This document shows, in pieces, positions 61,368 to 64,000 of a DNA stretch of 64,000 bases. A program made the position numbers and the translations under genes. This DNA is from Octopus vulgaris (lineage: Eukaryota): positions 85,684,001 through 85,748,000 of the forward strand of contig OX597818.1 in the NCBI GenBank assembly GCA_951406725.2, given 5' to 3'. How positions within the stretch are numbered: the stretch's first letter is position 1; every line of letters starts with the position of its first letter. The notes below the pieces were generated by a model. The model had not been told where the DNA came from and ran no database searches. It saw nothing but the letters and a program-made list of their open reading frames with translations.

Positions 61368-61422
61368 CAGTTAATATTGTTATTTTCATCTCTGAAAATC
61401 ATTCCCTTTGCTTGCATTTCAG

Positions 61423-61590
61423 TGTTGAACGCCGTGAACTAGTTTGCGTCACACAGTATGCAGACAGGTTGATGCGAGGTATGGTAAATATGACCATAGA
61501 CCAGACTGTCATCAACTCCAACAATGTTGATTACTCTTATGTGGTTAATCCAAAAGTCTCGGATATCGTACCAAAGAAAAGTGTTTGCGG
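61423..61590 (+). CDS. PlexB: Plexin exon I: end of IPT4, start of IPT5
   Basis: atttcAG|T...GG|GTaagg. Reads (R)VERRELVCVTQYADRLMRGMVNMTIDQTVINSNNVDYSYVVNPKVSDIVPKKSVC-(G). Phase 2-2. Confidence 0.88.
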
Positions 61591-64000
61591 GTAAGGACTG
61601 ATCCATTGATGTATTCTCAAATCTGTCTTTATTTTTGGGATTAAGTGTCTAATACTATGTATGTGTGTTTGTATTTCTTGTACTGTGCATGCATGTGTGT
61701 GTCTGTGCATACATGTGAACTGATTATATATTTGTTGGTATATATGTTTCTGTATATGTATTAACTAGTGGTAGTATATATTTGTGACCATGTATGCTTA
61801 TAAATCTGTGTATATGTGTTGGCAATATGATTGTGCCTCTGAATGTGTCCAAGTGTATATAATTTGTGTGTATGTATCTATCTATGTATGTATATGTGTG
61901 TGTTTTAGTATGTGTTTAAATATTCATTTTTTGCTGATGTTTGTTTATTCCTGTATGTGTATCTATGACAGGTATATTCTGTTAGTATATGTTTATGCTT
62001 GGGTGTATATCATCATTATCATCATCATTTAATGTCTGTTGTCCATGCTGGCATGGGTTGGGCTGTTTGACCAGGGCTGGCAAGCTGGAAGGCTGCACCA
62101 GACTCTAGTCAGATTTGGAATGGTCTCTACAGCTTGATGCCCTTCCTGATGCCAATCTCTGTGAGAGTGTAATGGGTGCTTTTATGTGCCATTTGTGCAA
62201 CACCAGTATCTGCCACAACATTGATTTTACTTGATATGCCAAAGGTCTTGGTCATTGCCTCTGTGAGGCGCAACACTTGAAAGGAGCTTTATCATATGCC
62301 ACTGGCATCAGCCACTTTGCCTGCATGAGGCCCAATGCTCAAAAGGTGCAAGTATATGTTTGTGTGCCTGAGTTTGCATTTCTTGTTGGTGTATGTATGT
62401 TTGCTTTTGTGTTTAATTTGGTATTGATGGTGTGTGTATATTCATGAGTGTATGCTTTATTATTTATGAGTATTTGCTTTATTATATGGATTATGAGTGT
62501 TTGTGGTGATGGGGGTGATATGTGTGCTTAAGCATGTGGATTTAGTATTTGTGTTTGTATGTTGGTGTATGCATGAATAAGAGAGAAAGGTTTTAGGTGT
62601 GACTGTGTTTAGCGTATCTTTGAAGGTCTATGTGAGAATATTTTTAGAAGTGTGATTTTAGTTCTTTCATGTTTGAATGTATTGATTTTTGTGCATGTAT
62701 TGATCTTGAATATTTGTATGCATATATGTATATATGCATGCAGACATACGTAAATATATATGTGTATGTGTTTGCTGACATATATGTATGTATGTTGGCA
62801 ATATATGTTTGAATATAGGCATGCATGCAGACATACATAAATATGTATGGATTTATCTGTGTCTGTGTGTAAGTATGTTAACATGTATGCTTGTGTGTTT
62901 GTATGGTTTTTGGTAATATATGAATGTGTGTCTATATATGTATGTTTTGTTGGCTATGCATGTTTGTTTATCTACATTTTATATCTTTGTTTAACCCTTT
63001 CATTATTATACTTCTGTTGAAATACATTGCTGTTACTTCAATTAATTTTTTAAATAATGAAGAAATTAGTAAAATAATCTTATCTTTATTAAGATGATGT
63101 TTTGAATGTAAATAACATGAAATTTTAATGAAAGGTTTTTAGATCACTTCAAAACAAGTTTGTATCAGAGAACCAGGGTAATCATGGGTAGATTGATACC
63201 AAAAGGTTTAAAACTAATAACTATTTCATCTATGATCAACAGTGACTTTAAACCTCTTTTCATCACAGCACACTAAGTATTGTATTAAAAGTATTATAGC
63301 CAATTACCAGCTTCTTAACAGTTTTATTGTATAAGAATTAATATTAACCTCTTTGCTACCATATTTCTGTTGAAATACACTGCTATTATTACAATTAATT
63401 ATGAAAATAATGACAAATTTGGTAAAATAAATTTGTCATTATGGAATTCTGTATATCTTACTTAACATGATATTCTATAGAAAGCCAGAAAATTTCTATA
63501 AAGCACAGTCATGTATCAGTAGTAGGTGCATCCAGTTGCAGCAGTAGAATTGTTGAATCAAGCTTTCTGCTTCTTTGAGCATCATGAGGAGCAAGTATAC
63601 ACTGGATGTTTAGACAAATTTATCCTCTTCTGATATAGAAATAGTGTAATTAACAAATCACTGATGTTGCAAATAGCTGGCAGACTTGGTAAAAATTCAT
63701 TATCAGCAATAGAAACATATTATTTCAAAATAACTGTCTGTATTTCTTCTTTGATGTTGATATACTGTAGGAAACCAATTTTGTACTGTATATCCTTACT
63801 AAGTAAGATATAGAAAATGCTATTTCAATATAAAACCACTTCTATTGCTCATAACAAACTTTGCCATGCTGGTATTTGGGACAAATTAACATGAAATTTT
63901 GATAGATTTTAATTTAAGTCACTTTTAAATATAAAGTTTGTGTTGGTATCAAAAGGGTTAAGCACATACATATGACCACCGATTTCACTATTTTTTCTGC

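Noticed and set aside
60035-61435. RIER/RVER as a furin-type site like vertebrate Plexin-B
   Set aside because: These are only minimal RxxR matches inside a folded IPT domain between two cysteines, not a clear R-x-K/R-R site.

Overview
AT-rich, microsatellite- and SINE-saturated animal genomic DNA. The repeat landscape points to an octopod cephalopod (Octopus); this is an inference. The whole window lies inside one + strand gene, a plexin most similar to invertebrate Plexin-B. I traced nine internal coding exons (5117-5225, 20077-20181, 31838-31939, 47218-47314, 55519-55688, 56850-57001, 58096-58198, 59910-60046, 61423-61590; 1143 nt). All have AG/GT boundaries and matching phases, and they encode PSI2-IPT2-PSI3-IPT3-IPT4 and the start of IPT5. 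The introns hold a young 5'-truncated CR1/L2-type LINE inside (TA)n, and a short element carrying a Penelope-type minimal hammerhead ribozyme motif. They also hold a HERO-like RLE retrotransposon fossil, RTE fragments (one with 5'-inversion geometry), a Tc1 right end, several MITEs and many SINEs of at least four families. A 3.4-kb direct duplication around a 100-N gap is probably an assembly artifact. Almost all ORFs in the supplied track are microsatellite artifacts. No CRISPR, rRNA or bona fide tRNA genes were seen. Repeat boundaries are approximate and family names come from motif recall, not database searches.
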